Assembly (NCBI GenBank): GCA_013239625.1
Contig: MU054187.1
Span: forward strand, 24,492,433-24,556,432
Source: Lama guanicoe
Lineage: Eukaryota
Length of the DNA stretch: 64,000 nucleotides
Direction: 5' to 3'
The first letter of the stretch is position 1, and every line of letters starts with the position of its first letter. Shown piece by piece: positions 24,530-39,232 of this stretch. The notes beneath the pieces are model-generated. The model was not told where the DNA came from and did not search any database. It saw nothing but the letters and a program-made list of their open reading frames with translations. A program made the translations under genes and the position numbers.

Positions 24530-25069
24530 ATAATGGACATGTCCTTTCTTGCTTCCCAACATATTTTGGAGAACCTCCTGTCTGTAGTCACAGTCCAAAT
24601 GACTCAGGACACTGTCTTTACCTTCCAGCTCCAAGGGTAGCAGCAAACACAGGACGGGTTACTCAGAGAATCCAACCTCACTGGCCACAATGGTTTGTTC
24701 ATGGATTGTTACAGAATTCAAATGAAGTCAATTCACACTCATTCCTAGGGCTTTTTCCTAGAGCAATTCAATCCATGTATTATTCTTTGGGATCTTTTAC
24801 AAGTAAAATGTAAGCTTGGAGCCACCAGAAACCATTTTTGTTACTGCATGGGAAGTAGCTGCTGGAAAATAAATCCAACATGGGGGGAAATCTAAGAGAT
24901 GTGAAGAAAGAGACACATTGCTGATGATGGTTTGAATCTGTGGATCCAATAATGCTTACAACTTAACTTTTTCAACTTTCCAAGAATATGAGACAATCAA
25001 AATTCTTGTTTCAGCTAATTTGAGTTGGATCTCTCTCACTTGGAATAGAAAGAATTCTGACCAGTGACA
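24530..25069 (+). mobile_element. Ancient MaLR solo LTR (MLT1J/K-like)
   Basis: TGTAAGCTTGGAGCCACCAGAAACCATTTTTG, TTTGAATCTGTGGATCCAA and the 3' end TTTGAGTTGGATCTCTCTCACTTGGAATAGAAAGAATTCTGACCAGTGACA resemble old MLT1 subfamilies. Confidence 0.6.
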
Positions 25070-27189
25070 ATTGTGATAATTTGGGCAAGTCTCAACTCAG
25101 CTGTTTGCAGAACAGTGAAAATAACACCTACTGAGTTCGGAGAAAATCAATAACAGCTTAAATTATTTTAAAAAATTAAATTATAACAAAATATCTCACA
25201 CATACTTGACACTCAATAAATGGGATAAGTGGCTCATTAATTGTTTATAAAAGACATATTAGTAAGAGCATCAGTAGAAGCAGAGTTCACAGGTTGTGGG
25301 ACATCATTTCTAGAGTTCAAAATAAGCAACAGAAAAACACTTTAATGTCAGATCTGTCCATAAGAGAAAGGCTGACATGAGTTAAATTTGACACAGTACA
25401 TGAGAAATCTAAAACACACACCACAATGAACGGGAGAAGACAGATCATAGACAGATATGGTTGGGAGGAAGAAACAAGAAGGTAAAAACTATCAGGTAAG
25501 CAAATTAAGGACAGGAATTGATAAAAAGTTAGAAGTGAGGTTTGAAATATGAGAGACAAATTAATACATATATTGAGAGATGCATGAGTAAGAGAGAATT
25601 GACATAATATTGCAATCATATGCACTGATCCTGTCACAGAGACCCTGATCTGATTCACTAGACCAATGATACATGTTCAAAATGTCAGAAAGTTTATCTG
25701 ATATCTTGTATCTTGGATTAATCAAATTCATCAAAGCTAGGTACAGAGTCCTCTTGAAATGTGAATCCCTTTCTTTCTCAAGCTAATAGCAAAGCTTCAA
25801 ACAGCTAGCCTCATTCTGAAAGAGAAAATGACTATCTGTACATGACTTGATAGGAGCTAGTCCTGGAAGTAGCTAATGGATCCGCACTGTGTATAATCCT
25901 CTACATTATTTGACATCAAAAGGGCAGCTGGTCACAGCATTGGTCATTTTTTTTAATCAACTAAATATTGTTGAGCATTATGTACCAAGCAATTATATGA
26001 TCAGTTCTCAGTAAGAAGATGAATGTGTTTCCCTATCATGTGTTCAAAGTGTACTGAAAATAAATATAAATTTACATATAAGCAAATGCATTTAATTTAT
26101 TGACAAGTATTTTCCAATGAGTCATTTGGTATTTTGAAATAAGAAACATCAGAGAAGACTAACAACAGCAGCTTGAGAAAGACTCAAAACTTTGAAGCCA
26201 AAGAAGTGTAGATTGCCAGTGAACCCAGACTGAAACCAAAACCTCACTCATCCTCTACAATCTAGTCCAAATGTCACTCCAGGAACCCTTTGGGTACCTC
26301 CCCCCAGAAGAGCTGATCTCTTTCTCAGTCATGTTTTGTCCATATGCTTGTTATAGCATTCTCCACTATAAAGTAATTCTTTGTTTAGTTTTGTTCTCCC
26401 ATCCACCTCCATTAAGCCAGTCCCAAAACTGTGCCTCCTGAAAAGCATGTCCTGTAAACCAAGAACCTAATGCAAAGCCTGACACCAAGCAGGTGACCGA
26501 CGAGAGTATGACAACTAAATGAATGAGCAAAGCCAACCTGAAGTGTCTTACATGGCTGTTCAAATGTATCTATTTTGGCAAAACTTACTATTGTCCTGAC
26601 AGCTGCCAGTGAATCAAGTTCACCTGATTTTAAAAGAATGAAAGTGAATTGATTGTTTTAGCATTTGCCAATCTTGAAATTTCTCATGACTTAGAAAACA
26701 CCATCACCTAGGACCTTCCAAAGATATTTTCTCCTCCTTACTTACACAGCACAGGCTAATTCATGGAGGAATGAAAAACATTTTGGGGTTTTTTTAATCA
26801 TCTTTTCCTATGTTTAGTGAGTTAATTTCAGAACTATATGCTTAGCTGAAGATAGATTCTACTGCTATACTATTGAAGAACTCACCCCGAGGAAGTAAGG
26901 TTACTGTCTGTTAATATTTTTAGCGTCTTCCTGCTCCTTATTGTTACCTCATTGATTCAACTAATGGACCAGAGTGTTTTTCAAAATATGAGATGCTATT
27001 AAGCAGAGTTCGGAGGAAAGTTGATTCATCTGAAGGAATAGCATAAGAGTTCTAAGCTCATCACAATATTAAAGATGCAATTTCTGTGATATTGCTTATG
27101 CTTAGAATTTAGAGTTAAATGTTATGAAAAACTTAATGGTAAGGTGTGACCTGAAGCCAATATGCAGAATTGTTAATATAGAATAATGA

Positions 27190-27395
27190 ATGGTTAAGAA
27201 CACAGACTTTTGAAGCTGGTGTGCCTGAGCATGAATCCACCACCTGCAGGTATGAAACTTGAATAAGTTACTTTCTGAACAGTTTCATTATCTGTAAAAT
27301 GAGAATAACAATAATAATGCCCATCTATAGATTAAATGAGACAGTCCATGTGAAATAGAGCATTCAGTACATTTTTAGCTAATACATTTATTATT
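27190..27395 (+). mobile_element. MIR SINE remnant
   Basis: TGGTTAAGAACACAGACTTTTGAAGC...CAGTTTCATTATCTGTAAAATGAGAATAACAATAATAATGCC...GATTAAATGAGACAGTCCATGTGAAA. Confidence 0.75.
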
Positions 27396-27817
27396 GATGT
27401 ATGATTATGAAGATATTTTAGGCCTAAGATTTAAGTCTTTCTAAATCATCCTGATATATACATTGAAATAAGGGTTATCCCTCCTTCACACTCATCAACA
27501 AACTCCAGGCTAAAGAAATAGATGTGTAGTTCCTGCTTCAATGAAGAATACATAATATTGAATCATATTAACTGATGAAAGGACACTGTCATCTACATAA
27601 AGAAAGGGGGAAAAGACGTTTTTCCAGAAGGTAAGAGAATCACTTGAGAGAAGGTTCTTCAGCTCAGAAATGCAGAACACAACGTGGTGTGAGTACTAAC
27701 TCCAAACGTTACCTTGGAAATTAACTTTCTTGAAAGATGAACTAATGGGTATGTGTATGTAAGTGCATGTGCACTAATGTGCATTTAATATTTCATCTTT
27801 TTTCAGAAAGGAAATAT

Positions 27818-27914
27818 GGATGTTGCCATATTTAGTAAATAAAAATACAGCACAGCCAGATGAATTTGAATTTCAGATAACCACGTGATAATTTTTAGTA
27901 AAAGTGTGTCCCAT
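27818..27914 (+). mobile_element. hAT-type DNA transposon remnant (MER53-like)
   Basis: GTTGCCATATTTAGTAAATAAAAATACAGCACAGCCAGATGAATTTGAATTTCAGATAA...TTTTTAGTAAAAGTGTGTCCCAT matches the recalled 5' half of MER53. Confidence 0.7.
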
Positions 27915-29879
27915 TCCTGCTCTTGGGTTGGTATCCTGAAAAGTGGAGACACTCAATATCAAATGAATATGGTTAGCCCTGCCCCAGAACCAGTGATAGA
28001 AGGGAGGATGGGCTTTGTGAAAATACCCAATTAAATGAGACTTCACAGGGAGAGGGTAGAAAAAGTTAGGAACATAATCACCGTAATACCTCAGTTGAAA
28101 AACAGGTTGCGTGGATATCCTCAAACATTATTTCCAGTTTTGTGAAACCACAAGACACCAAAGCACTTTAAGATTTAAGTCCTTGGCACATAGTAGGCCT
28201 CAACAAAAAGATTTTATTCAATAATTAGAAACGAAAGTATCATCAGATTCTATGATTAATTCTTCTCTCAAAGTAAATGGCAGTATACTTTTCTATTCAA
28301 TTGGTACTGAAAAGTAGGCAGATGTTACAGAAAAGACCCTTAAATTCACTGCCTGCTTTCATATCTTCACATGAAGCTTTTAAAAATAATTCTCCTGTCT
28401 ATAGCTAAGCTTCTTTGTGCCCCTGCTATTACACAACTAGAAGCTTTTAAACCCATCTTCCCCAGCCCTTTAATATTCCCAGTGTCTGTGCAGAAGTCAA
28501 ACTTATGCCTTCAGAATTGGTATTAAACTTCCTGAATGTTTTTGGCATTGCTGAGGGCTGTCATTCTCATCATTGTTCACCACCAATGCCATTGGATAAA
28601 GTAAGAAAAAAAAAGTAAAAATATTGCAGCAACTGAGTGATATGTGGGAGACAGAGCTGTAATAGTGACAGAGCTTGAAACACAGTCTTACTGGATATGA
28701 CAGAGCATGTAATGCCCCCGAAATTGGGCACCACGTAATGACTAAGGGTCTCAATTTCCTGAGGTTTATAGAATTCTGTATTGTGCTTGACAGCTCTGTT
28801 TCACACCAATGGTTGGTTCCACAATGCTAACAAAATACAAAGATGAGAAAATGTCACTAAAAAAAAAAAAAAGAATGCAAAAAGCGTGTGCAAGCTTCAA
28901 GCCCATAAAAACTAATTTCCTATGGGAAATTACCGTTTTCATATTGTTACGACACTTTCAGAGTATGCAACTGCAAAATTTAGCTCTTCCCCATGCATGT
29001 ATTGAAAAGCTCATTCAATAAGTATAAATTGGGGACAGGAAGGAGTGAGGAGGGTGCTGCTGGACCTGTCCGAGGTCTTCCCCAGTGCATTTTTCTACTC
29101 CTTAGCTTACTCCACACCCTCCACATCTGCTCTTAAGATTCGGGATTGTTACATTCATGGAAGAGATTTTTTTTCCCCAATCAGGTTAAAACATAAGATC
29201 AGGTGTCAGCAAGACTGAGACAGATAGCCAATCTCATTGGTCAGCCCTCCATCGATCCCTGGAAGTATCCATACATGGTAAGAAACTGAGTTGTGCTAGT
29301 CTGCACATAAAAGTGAGAATCTAGCCTACTGTCTGATGCTGGTCTCTCCACATTGTGGTTCTTGCTTCCTCCCTGCCCTGCCCGCTGCCCCAGTTAAATT
29401 ATTCCAGGAGCACTCCCCTACCATACCCAGATGTCTGTGATGCAGAATGGTCCAGCCCTCTTGCATCCTCCCAGCAAGAATCTTCCCAATATCATGTAAA
29501 AATGTAGCAGGGGTTAGACTCTTCCAGCCTGGTCCAAGCTGCTTCTGCCTTCTCTTCCTTTTCCAACTTTCTTTCTGCTTCAACCAAATCTGCATTAGCC
29601 TTGTGGGTCGCCCTGCTTTTCTAGCCTCCTAATTCACAGCTGGTTTCCTTTTCCATGTGCAGCCATTTGTCAGGCTGATTAATTATCTGTTAGCTGCCCC
29701 ATCAGACTGGGCCTCAGGGCCCTGTCTTGTGAGCTGCTTTCAGAGGCAGCCATGGGGAGAGTTTTCTGTCATTTCCTGGGTCAAGCCTTCCTGATTCTAG
29801 TCACAGAGGGATGGAGGTGGACACCTGTTCTCAATTCCATAATAATAATAACTTGTAATTAAAAAAAAACATGTCATAA

Positions 29880-30075
29880 TGAGGCAGTGTATCATAATGG
29901 ACAGAGTTCAGGCTTTGACATCAGACAATCGAGGGTTTGAAATCCTGGCTCAGGCCATAATTAGCTACATGACTTTGGCAAATTTACTTACCCTTCCCAG
30001 TCCTCAGTTTCTGCATCTGAAAAAATGGAGGCACAGTACTCATGCTGTGCCTGTAAGAAGAGTAGTGAAATGAAG
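29880..30075 (+). mobile_element. MIR SINE
   Basis: GAGGCAGTGTATCATAATGGACAGAG...GGGTTTGAAATCCTGGCTC...TGACTTTGGCAAATTTACTTACC...CCTCAGTTTCTGCATCTGAAAAAATGGAG. Confidence 0.8.
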
Positions 30076-31059
30076 ATTCATAGAGTATAAATTAGAACTA
30101 TGCCTCCAAAGCTAGGTTTTTCTGATTGCAAAATATGTTTCATTTTATACTTTACTATCTTTCACCTTCCGTCTTGAAAGAATGAAGAGTCTGAAAGTTC
30201 CTATTGTCTATTTACTCGTTCTCTGTGCTGCTATTTTGCACTCAGATGAACATTTTTTGCAAGATTGTTGAAGTACTCAGTGCCACTCCATGGGAAGAGT
30301 TTATGTATTATATGACATTATCCCAATGGGAATATCTGTGCTTATGAAATTCACTGGTCTCCTGAATTTCCTGTTTCTATATCATTATTAAGTGCAATTC
30401 AAATCTACCTACATGAAAAGTCATTCATTACTAAAAGACAAAGATATTTTATTTAAAAGAAGCAGACTGGTTACTGCCTATGTGTTTGTTTATGGGGTCT
30501 TCTGAAGCCACTAAACTCAGATGCATAACAGATATTTGCCCTCTCATACTGCTGTTTGCATCCTTAGCTGTGCCACTAATAGGGCACAGAGGTAAAGTCA
30601 TTTGGTAAACCATGTTTCTATAACAACCCAGGCCAAAAAATATATCAACCATGGCATGTAATAATGATACAGTAATTGGTTACAGTGTTAAGCTGCCAAA
30701 AAATATATCTTCCTTTAGCCCTTTCAAATGCTTAACGGAACCCCGTGTGTCTGGATCCTGGGCACTTGTCACCTGTAACAGATGACATTCCCAGGAATCA
30801 GGACGATGAGGCCAGAAGCCATACACCACATTCCCTGCTGAGAAGTTATTTCTAGAAACACTTCTTAGAAAGTGGGTTTCTGAAAGTGAAAACCATCCAA
30901 AATATTTTTCTGTCATTATTTATTGAGGTAAATAACTGTAACAACCATATATATTATGCAATAAATGTTTATTTTTATAAAAGTATTCCCATTACCTTTC
31001 TATCTCACTCATGAGTATTTGAAAGCTTACTTGATAGACTATAAAAATTAGGGTGATAA

Positions 31060-31330
31060 CAGTAACAACTTTCATTATGGAACATTTAGCATATACCAGA
31101 CATCCTTTAATTTAATCATGACAACAACCTTAGTAGGTAAAAGGCATTGTTACAAGTATTACAAATAAAATTATTTTTTATTTAGTTTTACTTATTTTAT
31201 TTCTTTACTCTAATTATTATTTTATTTCTTATAAATAAGGAAACTGAGACTCACAGAAGATACATAACTAATCTTCATAGCTACTGCTAAAGCCAGATTC
31301 AACTTCAGGTTTGAATTCTAGAGTAGAACT
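31060..31330 (-). mobile_element. MIR SINE remnant
   Basis: TTTAATCATGACAACAACCTT...AAATAAGGAAACTGAGACTCACAGAAG...AGCCCAGATTCAACTTCAGG. Confidence 0.6.
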
Positions 31331-33310
31331 GCTATCCAAAACATGTGCATCATTGTGCTCATGTACATGGTCAGTTCATCCTCAAGACTCAAAGCAAGGG
31401 TCAGACCTGGAAAGCCTTCCAGAGTCAGGCAGATAAATAAAAGATTCTCTGCTGTCAAACGACAGGATATGGTAAGGTCTGTGGCACAACTGGAGAGTAT
31501 GGGTTCCATCTAAAAAATTCGAATTCAATGCTTCATAACACTGTATTAATCAAGCAAAACACATCTAGTGGCCAGCTTCAATCCACAGGAAATGTGCTTA
31601 AAATTCTCAATGTCTAGATTGATTTTAGAAGAAAATGGAGCCATGTTTCAGCCATGGGGTATTTTCAGAACATTCTTTCCTGTGTGTAAATTACTAACTC
31701 TATGTCTAGTAGAAATAAAGCAGACAAGAAAATGAAAGAGAGTGAGATGGTAGCTTTCAAGGAACTGATGATTAGAGAAGACTATCGATATGATCAGAAA
31801 CCACTGCTGTTATTAATAGAAAAATCAATAGTAACCAAGAATATTAAAGAACAGCATTACAGAGAATAAAAGTTGATGCAAAAATAATTATTATTCCTTT
31901 ATTTGAAAACATATTCCCAACATCATAAAAGAACTTTTCTTAGGGTGGTTACAAAGCAGGAGGAAGAAAGCAAGATGGCTGAGGAAGCAATTAACATGTA
32001 TAAAGTGCTTGAACGTGCCATGCTTTTTCCTAGGGGTTTCATCCATTCTAAATACCAATAAAAAGATCCTAACAAATATTTATAAAATCCCTCAATGTCA
32101 AAAAGCCAAAATCATTCTTAAAAATTAGGAACACATGCAATTACAATAATTTTTAAAAAAATCATTTGTCAACTCCTATAATATCAGAGCACATAACAAA
32201 AGGAAAAGTCCAGAGGACTTGCTACAGAAGTTGGGGGACAAGATATTTATATCAACATGTTGCTACTGCAGATATTTTACAAAAATATTCCATAAACCAA
32301 CAGTAACATGTGGTTTATAAATTTAGAAATAGCTGCCTTTTTTTAACAGCTGTGTTTTAATGTCACAACACTAATACTTCAAGTTTATAAAATATTTAAT
32401 AATAGCAGACTGACCAGCATCTCTGTCTTACTTTATCTCTACATAAATGACACATTTTTTTTCATAATAAAAGAAATCAACACAGGTCCTGGCATGTTTC
32501 CTGAGGTTAATGGTTATTGGCATCAAAATAGTGAAAAGCAGATTAGGTTTGGGAATTTGCCAAACTAAAGAAATTTCAGCTTCTTGGATACTCACCACAA
32601 CAAAGAATGGTAAGTATCAAAAAAAAGAAAGAAAGAAAAGAAAAAAAGACTGCTGGGGAAGGTACCCAGAGTCACTTGGTAAAAAAGATTAGCTTTTTTG
32701 TAATTTAAAGAGAAAGATAAGCAAAGTATAAAATAAAATATTATTACAGGAAAATAGCTCTAGGAGAAATAATCTTCAAAGAGAGACTTTTTTTTAATTT
32801 TCAAATTTTTCTAGCCCAAAAAAAATACAGAGATTTTATAGCAAACCTTAATCCAATAAGGGTAAGTAAGAAACTGAACCAGGTTTGCTTTTAGTTGTAT
32901 CTGTCAATTTTTTTTTTACAATTGCATATTTGAAAACAATGCTATAAACTTGACTTGGCAATTTAATTAACAACTTGAGACTAGATGCCAAAGGCCAAGA
33001 TGCAAGTTTTAAAAAAGCAAACCTTCCTACAGAAAGCAGAGCCCTCCATCCTGCTTTCTTCTGAACAGAAATAATATATTTTATTTTGAATTAAACAAAT
33101 TAAAACAAATCCAGCATACCCAGTCTTGAATCCCGGGTCTACCAGTTGCAAACTAGATGATTCTAGAATTAAACACTCTGTTTCCCAGGTTTCTTTTTAA
33201 TAAAATAGGAAGTGGTGATAATTATCTTATATAGTCACATGCACTAAATGGGGGAAACAGAATTCTTCTATTTCAGCGCCTCAGGGTAATCAGTCTATAC
33301 CTTCTTATGT

Positions 33311-33860
33311 GCATTCATTCATGTAAGAAATGTTTCTTGAGACCCAATCTGGGCCAGACCTTATTCTTGGTCTTGGGAATTCACCAATGAGCAATTCCGA
33401 AAAGGTCTCTTCCCTCGTGGGATTCACATTCTAGGGAAGAGATGGACAATAAATACGTAAACAAATACATAATATAATTTCAGAAAATGATAAGGATTTG
33501 AAAAAATAAAGCAAGATAAGGGGACAGATAATGGAATGAGAAGAGTGGAGGAAAGCGGGATTCTTTTGAAAGGGGTCATGAGGGAAGACTTCTCTGAGGA
33601 GGTGATATTTACACTCGAGGTCTGAGTTGCGTACAGGAGAAGGCCCTGTAAGATCCGGAGGGAGAGCACTCCAGAGAGAAGGAAGGGTAACTGTAAGTCT
33701 TTGGGTTCTGGAATGAGTTTAGCAAGAGCTAAAGGAAAGCCTGTGTGGCAGAAGCACAGTAAATGAGGGGAGAGCAAAAGATGAGACAGTTGGGGTCGCG
33801 ACCAGCAAGATTACTAAAGGTCTATGCTAAAGGATCGTATTCTAAGAATGATGTGAAGCC
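33311..33860 (-). mobile_element. L2 LINE 3' remnant
   Basis: Begins CATTCATTC (reverse L2 tail). CCCTCGTGGGATTCACATTCTAGGGAAGAGA, GGGAAGACTTCTCTGAGGAGGTGATATTT, GAGCACTCCAGAGAGAAGGAA. Confidence 0.8.
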
Positions 33861-36800
33861 CGTTACATGCACGTAAGCCTTGGACTGACAAAGTCTGAGC
33901 GTCAGTGTTCCCTGAATCACAGTTTTAACAACGATTAATCCCAACTGCCTTGGGCATGTTTCTGAAATCTGGGAAGGGTGGCCAAAGTTTGGAAGTGACA
34001 CCATTTATTGACAATGTTGTTTCTTAAATCAGTCCTTCATAAGTGTATTATACTTACATACAGTGTCTATGCTAGATGGTTCATTAAATCAGTTATTTAT
34101 ACTAAGATATATTGCCCATACTGTATGTAAACAATATTTTCCACAAAGTGGAAACATTAGAAACAAAACACAAAAGAAAGGTAAAGAAAAAAAATTTTTA
34201 ATTTGTAAACAAATAATCATGGTACTTCATTCTCTCTTTCAAAATACTACTATTCTCTACCTGCTGAGAATCCATTAAATGATGTGAAAGAATTCAAAGG
34301 AAATCTGCAAAACACTAAGGAAACACATGTACAATACACATCTTTAGTTTTTAAAAAATGTTTGTCCCTCCAAAAGCATGTCTTTACTACCTGAGGAGAA
34401 GCAAAATGAAAGAAAGGTACCATCTTGCATAATTTTTAATTCTTAGATGTTTGGAATAAATTACTAATCTCAGTATAGTTTATTTATTACACTAAAGAAA
34501 GAAAACCAGAAGACCTGAATGACATGCATCAATGAATAGGAAACCAACTACAAATTAACTAATTTGGTGGATTTGGAAGTATCAAATTAAGAGCGGTTTT
34601 AAAAATCAAAGCCATCACATTAACAGCACAACATCACTCAAGAAAAAATTGTTAAAATGTTGATCCCCTTTCCACTCCAACATGGACCAGAAACAGTCAT
34701 CCAAAGCAATACACAGATTAAAGTGTTGCTAGAATGTGCCTCCATCATTGTTCACTAGAAGGGAGCCCCTGAATGTCTGAATGGAAACCACAACCCCTAT
34801 TGGAAGCCAGCAACCTCTGCGACAGCTGGATAACAAGCAAGGGGCTCAAAGGCTAAAAAACGTGATAAGACTTGATCTGTGATGGGCACTTGGACTAATT
34901 CTTGGATAGAGCCACTTTGTGGCAGCATTACATACAAATCACTGTGGAGGACTCTTGTCCACACAGATCTGGGTAAATCCTTCACAGCTTTGTGTGACCC
35001 CCATCCTGCAATCTACAGAACAGGGCTCTGAATTAATTTAACTAGTCTTGGCATCTATCTAGCTACAGATAGAACTTTTTGAAAACTACATTCTTGAAAA
35101 CTGATTGCAAGCTGTGCAAATAACTGTCTTTCAGTCATTTGGAGAAATTAAGGATAAAGTTCCCTGTAGACCAGAAAATAAAGATTCTCAAGTTTACAAG
35201 GAGACCAGTGTTCTCCATGGCTATTGGTGGTAATCTTGAAGTTATGCAGTACTGTTAGCATAACAATAATAATAGTAAGAATAATGTTTGTATATATCTC
35301 AACATTCTTTGGAATGAACTATAATGCTTACTTAATACCACCTATAAGATATATTTTAGTATTTAGCCACTCCTATTAAGAGTTCAGTTTTTAAAAGCTC
35401 ACATGTATGTCATTAAGAATGAAGGACGTCATGCATGGTCCGTTAATACCCAGTTGCGCACGTGGTTAGTCCATTAATCTCAATGAGTATAGAGCAGAAG
35501 AGGGCAAAGACATTGACCCCAGTCATGTTCCTGTGTTCCTTCACTCACTCATTCATTCGGCAAGTATTTTCAGAACCGTACTATTAAAGAGGAGCATACC
35601 TGGCATTGCCGTTATTACAAGCTTGGTGGGGAAGCATAATTACCTACTGATCAAGCGTAACACTTTGAATTACCTCGAAAGTGCTTAGGGGAAAAGTAAT
35701 TCCTCTATTAGACAATCATGCAGTATCATAAATTGCAAAACATAACAGTTATTGTTTGCTACGTATTTGGCAAAATAACATTTTCCTCAGCTAGCTCTGA
35801 GTGTGTCGCGTACAAAGGACACATTAAATTGGTTCTTTTGAATAACATTTTTAAACATGGTATATGCTGAGACATCTAAGAATACTCTTTCAAGGGCGCT
35901 TTTCAACTCATTTAAAGATAGCAACCCTAAGAATGAACAATAATATATATTCATTCAGTACCACACCCTGATGCTAGCAGTATGGGCAAGGGATGCTTAA
36001 CAGATGAGCATGGCAGTTGCCCTACGTGACATCAGCCTCAAAAGGCCCTTTTAATGTCTCAGCCTGATGGATTCCCGTATCTGTTGTGAAAAGTAGCATT
36101 TGCTGTTATCTGTCCTGAAGTGACTCCTCCAAGCTTTAAGATTTGCAAACATCAGTCTTCTAAAATTTGGTGTGCTTCTTTATATTCAGATCACACGTAT
36201 TTAGTGTGCCAGTTTGTACCCAGTTTGGAGTGCATCCAGGGAGTGGAGAAGCAGCAATTATATTTCCCCTACATCATCACTTTTTTATCAGTCCACATGT
36301 GGAAATAAGTCTAACCTTGATTGATTTGGCTCTTCTCCGAGCATTTCTTATACCAGCATGTCTTTTGAAAGTAGCAGCTACTCGGTGCAAGACCTTCAAA
36401 CACAAGCTAGAGTGATGTCCAGAGGACTTTAGGGAAGCTACAGACAGGGGCCTCAATAAATAATCAAGGTTATTTACTGCCACAGTAGTAAATGTTCCCA
36501 TCCTGTTGTTCTAAAATATTCAAAACACAAACAAATTAAGAAGATAACTCCCCACTATATTGTAAACCTCTGGGGGAAAAAAAACTTTTATTTTTTTACC
36601 TCCAGTGCATAGAACAGATTCTCAATGTTTTTATTTTAATTTGTCTTAATTATGTTATCTCAAAACAAGCATAGCATACATTCCACAAAGAATCTGAAAG
36701 GTTCATTTTAACCTAAAATGTCAACTCTCTGACATTTCACTTGATCTCCAAGATTCCACACTTTTTCAAATAAAAAAACAGGAGATGAATAAGATGTCCA

Positions 36801-38310
36801 ATAGTTAAAGGATATGAAGGAAAGGAAGTCAACAGACTGGACACCACAGATACTGCAGAATCACTGCCTCTCTCCTCCCATCCTTAGCTGGCTGTGAGAT
36901 CGTCTACTTACGTCCATAAAATGAAATGAAATGAAAATGTGTCAATGGGGCTGACCTTTTATAAAGGAAAGACTCCTTACAAAATGGAAACACACAACTC
37001 ATTTGATGAAATAATTAAGGAAAAGCTAATGGAATTTTGGATACGAATGAAAGCCAAGAGATACTAAAAGTAACATTGGATTAATGAAAACTTCTGTGAC
37101 CTTCTCTCAGAATAAGTCCACACTTCAAAGAAGCAATTAAAAGAGCTCACAAAATGTAGACTGCATAGCTAATGCCACAAAATGCAAGTCTGAGGTATTT
37201 AGAGAATAATAATAAAAAATCTCTAATAAGTTGCTGTACTTGAAAAGGCAAAAATACAATCACCGGGGTTAATCGCTAGACTGCAGAGAATAAAACACTT
37301 GCTAAAATGAAAACTGATTAAACACATAAGGCTTTGGTAAAGGCAATCTTGAAACTACAGGACCTCGTATAGAATCTAAAGCCTGTCAGGCTCACTTCTC
37401 CTTTGGAAACTAGGGCACACACGAAAGATGCCACGGTTGCAAGGGGAGCAAGAATGTCCTCAAGAAAGACTTGACAACTCTGCTGTCAGTGACCCTCTTT
37501 GTATGAGACTGATATGCATGTGTTCTGTTCACTTCAAAGTACTGTAATGTGGGGCGCAGAAAATCATCTGTTGGTTTATTCACCAAAAGAAGTGATCCTC
37601 CAACCCACAAGCTTTACTAACACACATGAGTTACAAGAATTCATCTTTGCTTGCTTCTCAACAATCTATTCCTTATGCAATGAGAGAATTTGGCACAGGA
37701 TTTCAACATCTGGGCTGACTGTTATGCCTTGATAAATCTGCAAAAAAGAGCTTTCCACCAGTTTTACAGTGAGTAAGAAAGGATATTTGTCCTCCACCGT
37801 GGATTCAAGTGAAGAATGCCTTCATGTGGCTCCTGAAAATTCTCATCTCCTTTAAGGACTATTGTCTAAATGAAATAAAGTTAAGGCAAAAAGTGCCAGG
37901 CTTGGAGGCTCCAATTCCTATTAGGAATCCTCCTTAGAGTGTAGCAAAGGGCCTCACATACAATTCCCAATACTCTGCTAAAAATAGAGAGATGTAGAGT
38001 GATCTACTTCAGGTGGTGCACAAAGGCTTTTTTAAAAAAAAAGTGTCTGGACTAAGAAGGGTACTTCATATTTCCAGGAATTCAAATTTTTCAGTGTTGA
38101 GCAAAATTTGGAAGAGAGATAATAATTTAGCTAAAACCTGTAAGTGAAACGAAGGCAAAGCTATTGCAACTAAGCAGAATATCTTTTTGAAAAATGTAAT
38201 ATTATTTCATTACATTCAGATAATATGTATTCACTTTAGAAAATTAGAAAATATAGCTTAGCAAAACAAAAAATGCAAAGAGTGACTACTAGACTCATTT
38301 TCCAGAGATG

Positions 38311-39232
38311 ATGGAGATTAAGCACTTGTCAGTCTCATCTTTTGCAAATATTTTCTCCCATTCCATAGATTGTCTTTTTGTATTGCTTATGGTTTCCTTT
38401 GCTGTACAAAAGCTTATAAGTTTAATTAGGTCCCATTTGTTTATTTTTGCTTTTATTTCTATTGCTTGGGTAGACTGCCCTAGGAGAACATTGCTGAGAT
38501 TTATGTCAGATACACCAGTGCTGTCTTCTAGAGGTTCACAGCGTCTTGTCTTATGTTTAAGACTTTAAGCCATTTTGAGTTTATTTTAGTGTACAGTGTG
38601 AGGGAGTATTCTAACTTTGTTGATTTGCATGCAACTGTCCAGTTTTCCCAACACCATTTTCTGAAGAGACTGTCTTTACTCCATTGTATGTTCTTGCCTC
38701 CTTTGTCAAAGATTAATTGACCAAGTGTTTGTGGGTTTATTTCTGGGCTCTCTGTTCTGTTCCATTGATCCATATGTTTGTTTTCGTACCAATACCATGC
38801 TGTTTTGAGCTCTGTAGTATTGTCTGGAGAATGTCATTCTAAGTGAAGTAAGCCAGAAAGAGAAAGAAAAATACCCTATTATATCATTTATATGTGGAAT
38901 CTGAAAAAAACAAATGAACTTACTTACAAAACAGAAACAGCCTCACAGACACAGACAAAAAACTATGGTTACCAGGAGGAAAGAGGATGGGAAGACAATC
39001 ATTAGGAGTTCTAGATTTTCAGATACTAACTAATATACATAAAATAAATAAACAACATGTTTATACTGTATAGCACAGAGAACTATATTCAGTATCTTAT
39101 AGTAACCTATGGTGAAAAAGAATATGAAAACAAATATATGTATGTTCCTATATCTAACTGAAATATTGTGCTGTATGGCAGAAATTGACACAACATTGTA
39201 AACTGACTATACTTCAATAAAAATATAAAAAA
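38311..39232 (+). mobile_element. 5'-inverted (twin-primed) L1: minus-strand ORF2 piece 38311-38826 joined to a plus-strand 3' end 38824-39232
   Basis: ORF 38528-38773(-) [16 protein letters not shown]...WCWENW is L1 ORF2. Orientation flips at GTATTGT-CTG-GAGAATGTC into the ORF2 end and 3'UTR, ending ACTTCAATAAAAATATAAAAAA. Confidence 0.88.

Noticed and set aside
32580..32615. Possible 30-nt micro-exon (TTTCAG ... ATG/GTAAGT)
   Set aside because: Good donor but poor polypyrimidine tract, no recognisable peptide and no partner exons.
34797..34985. 62-aa minus-strand ORF in unique DNA
   Set aside because: No recognisable homology or convincing splice sites, and the length is expected by chance.
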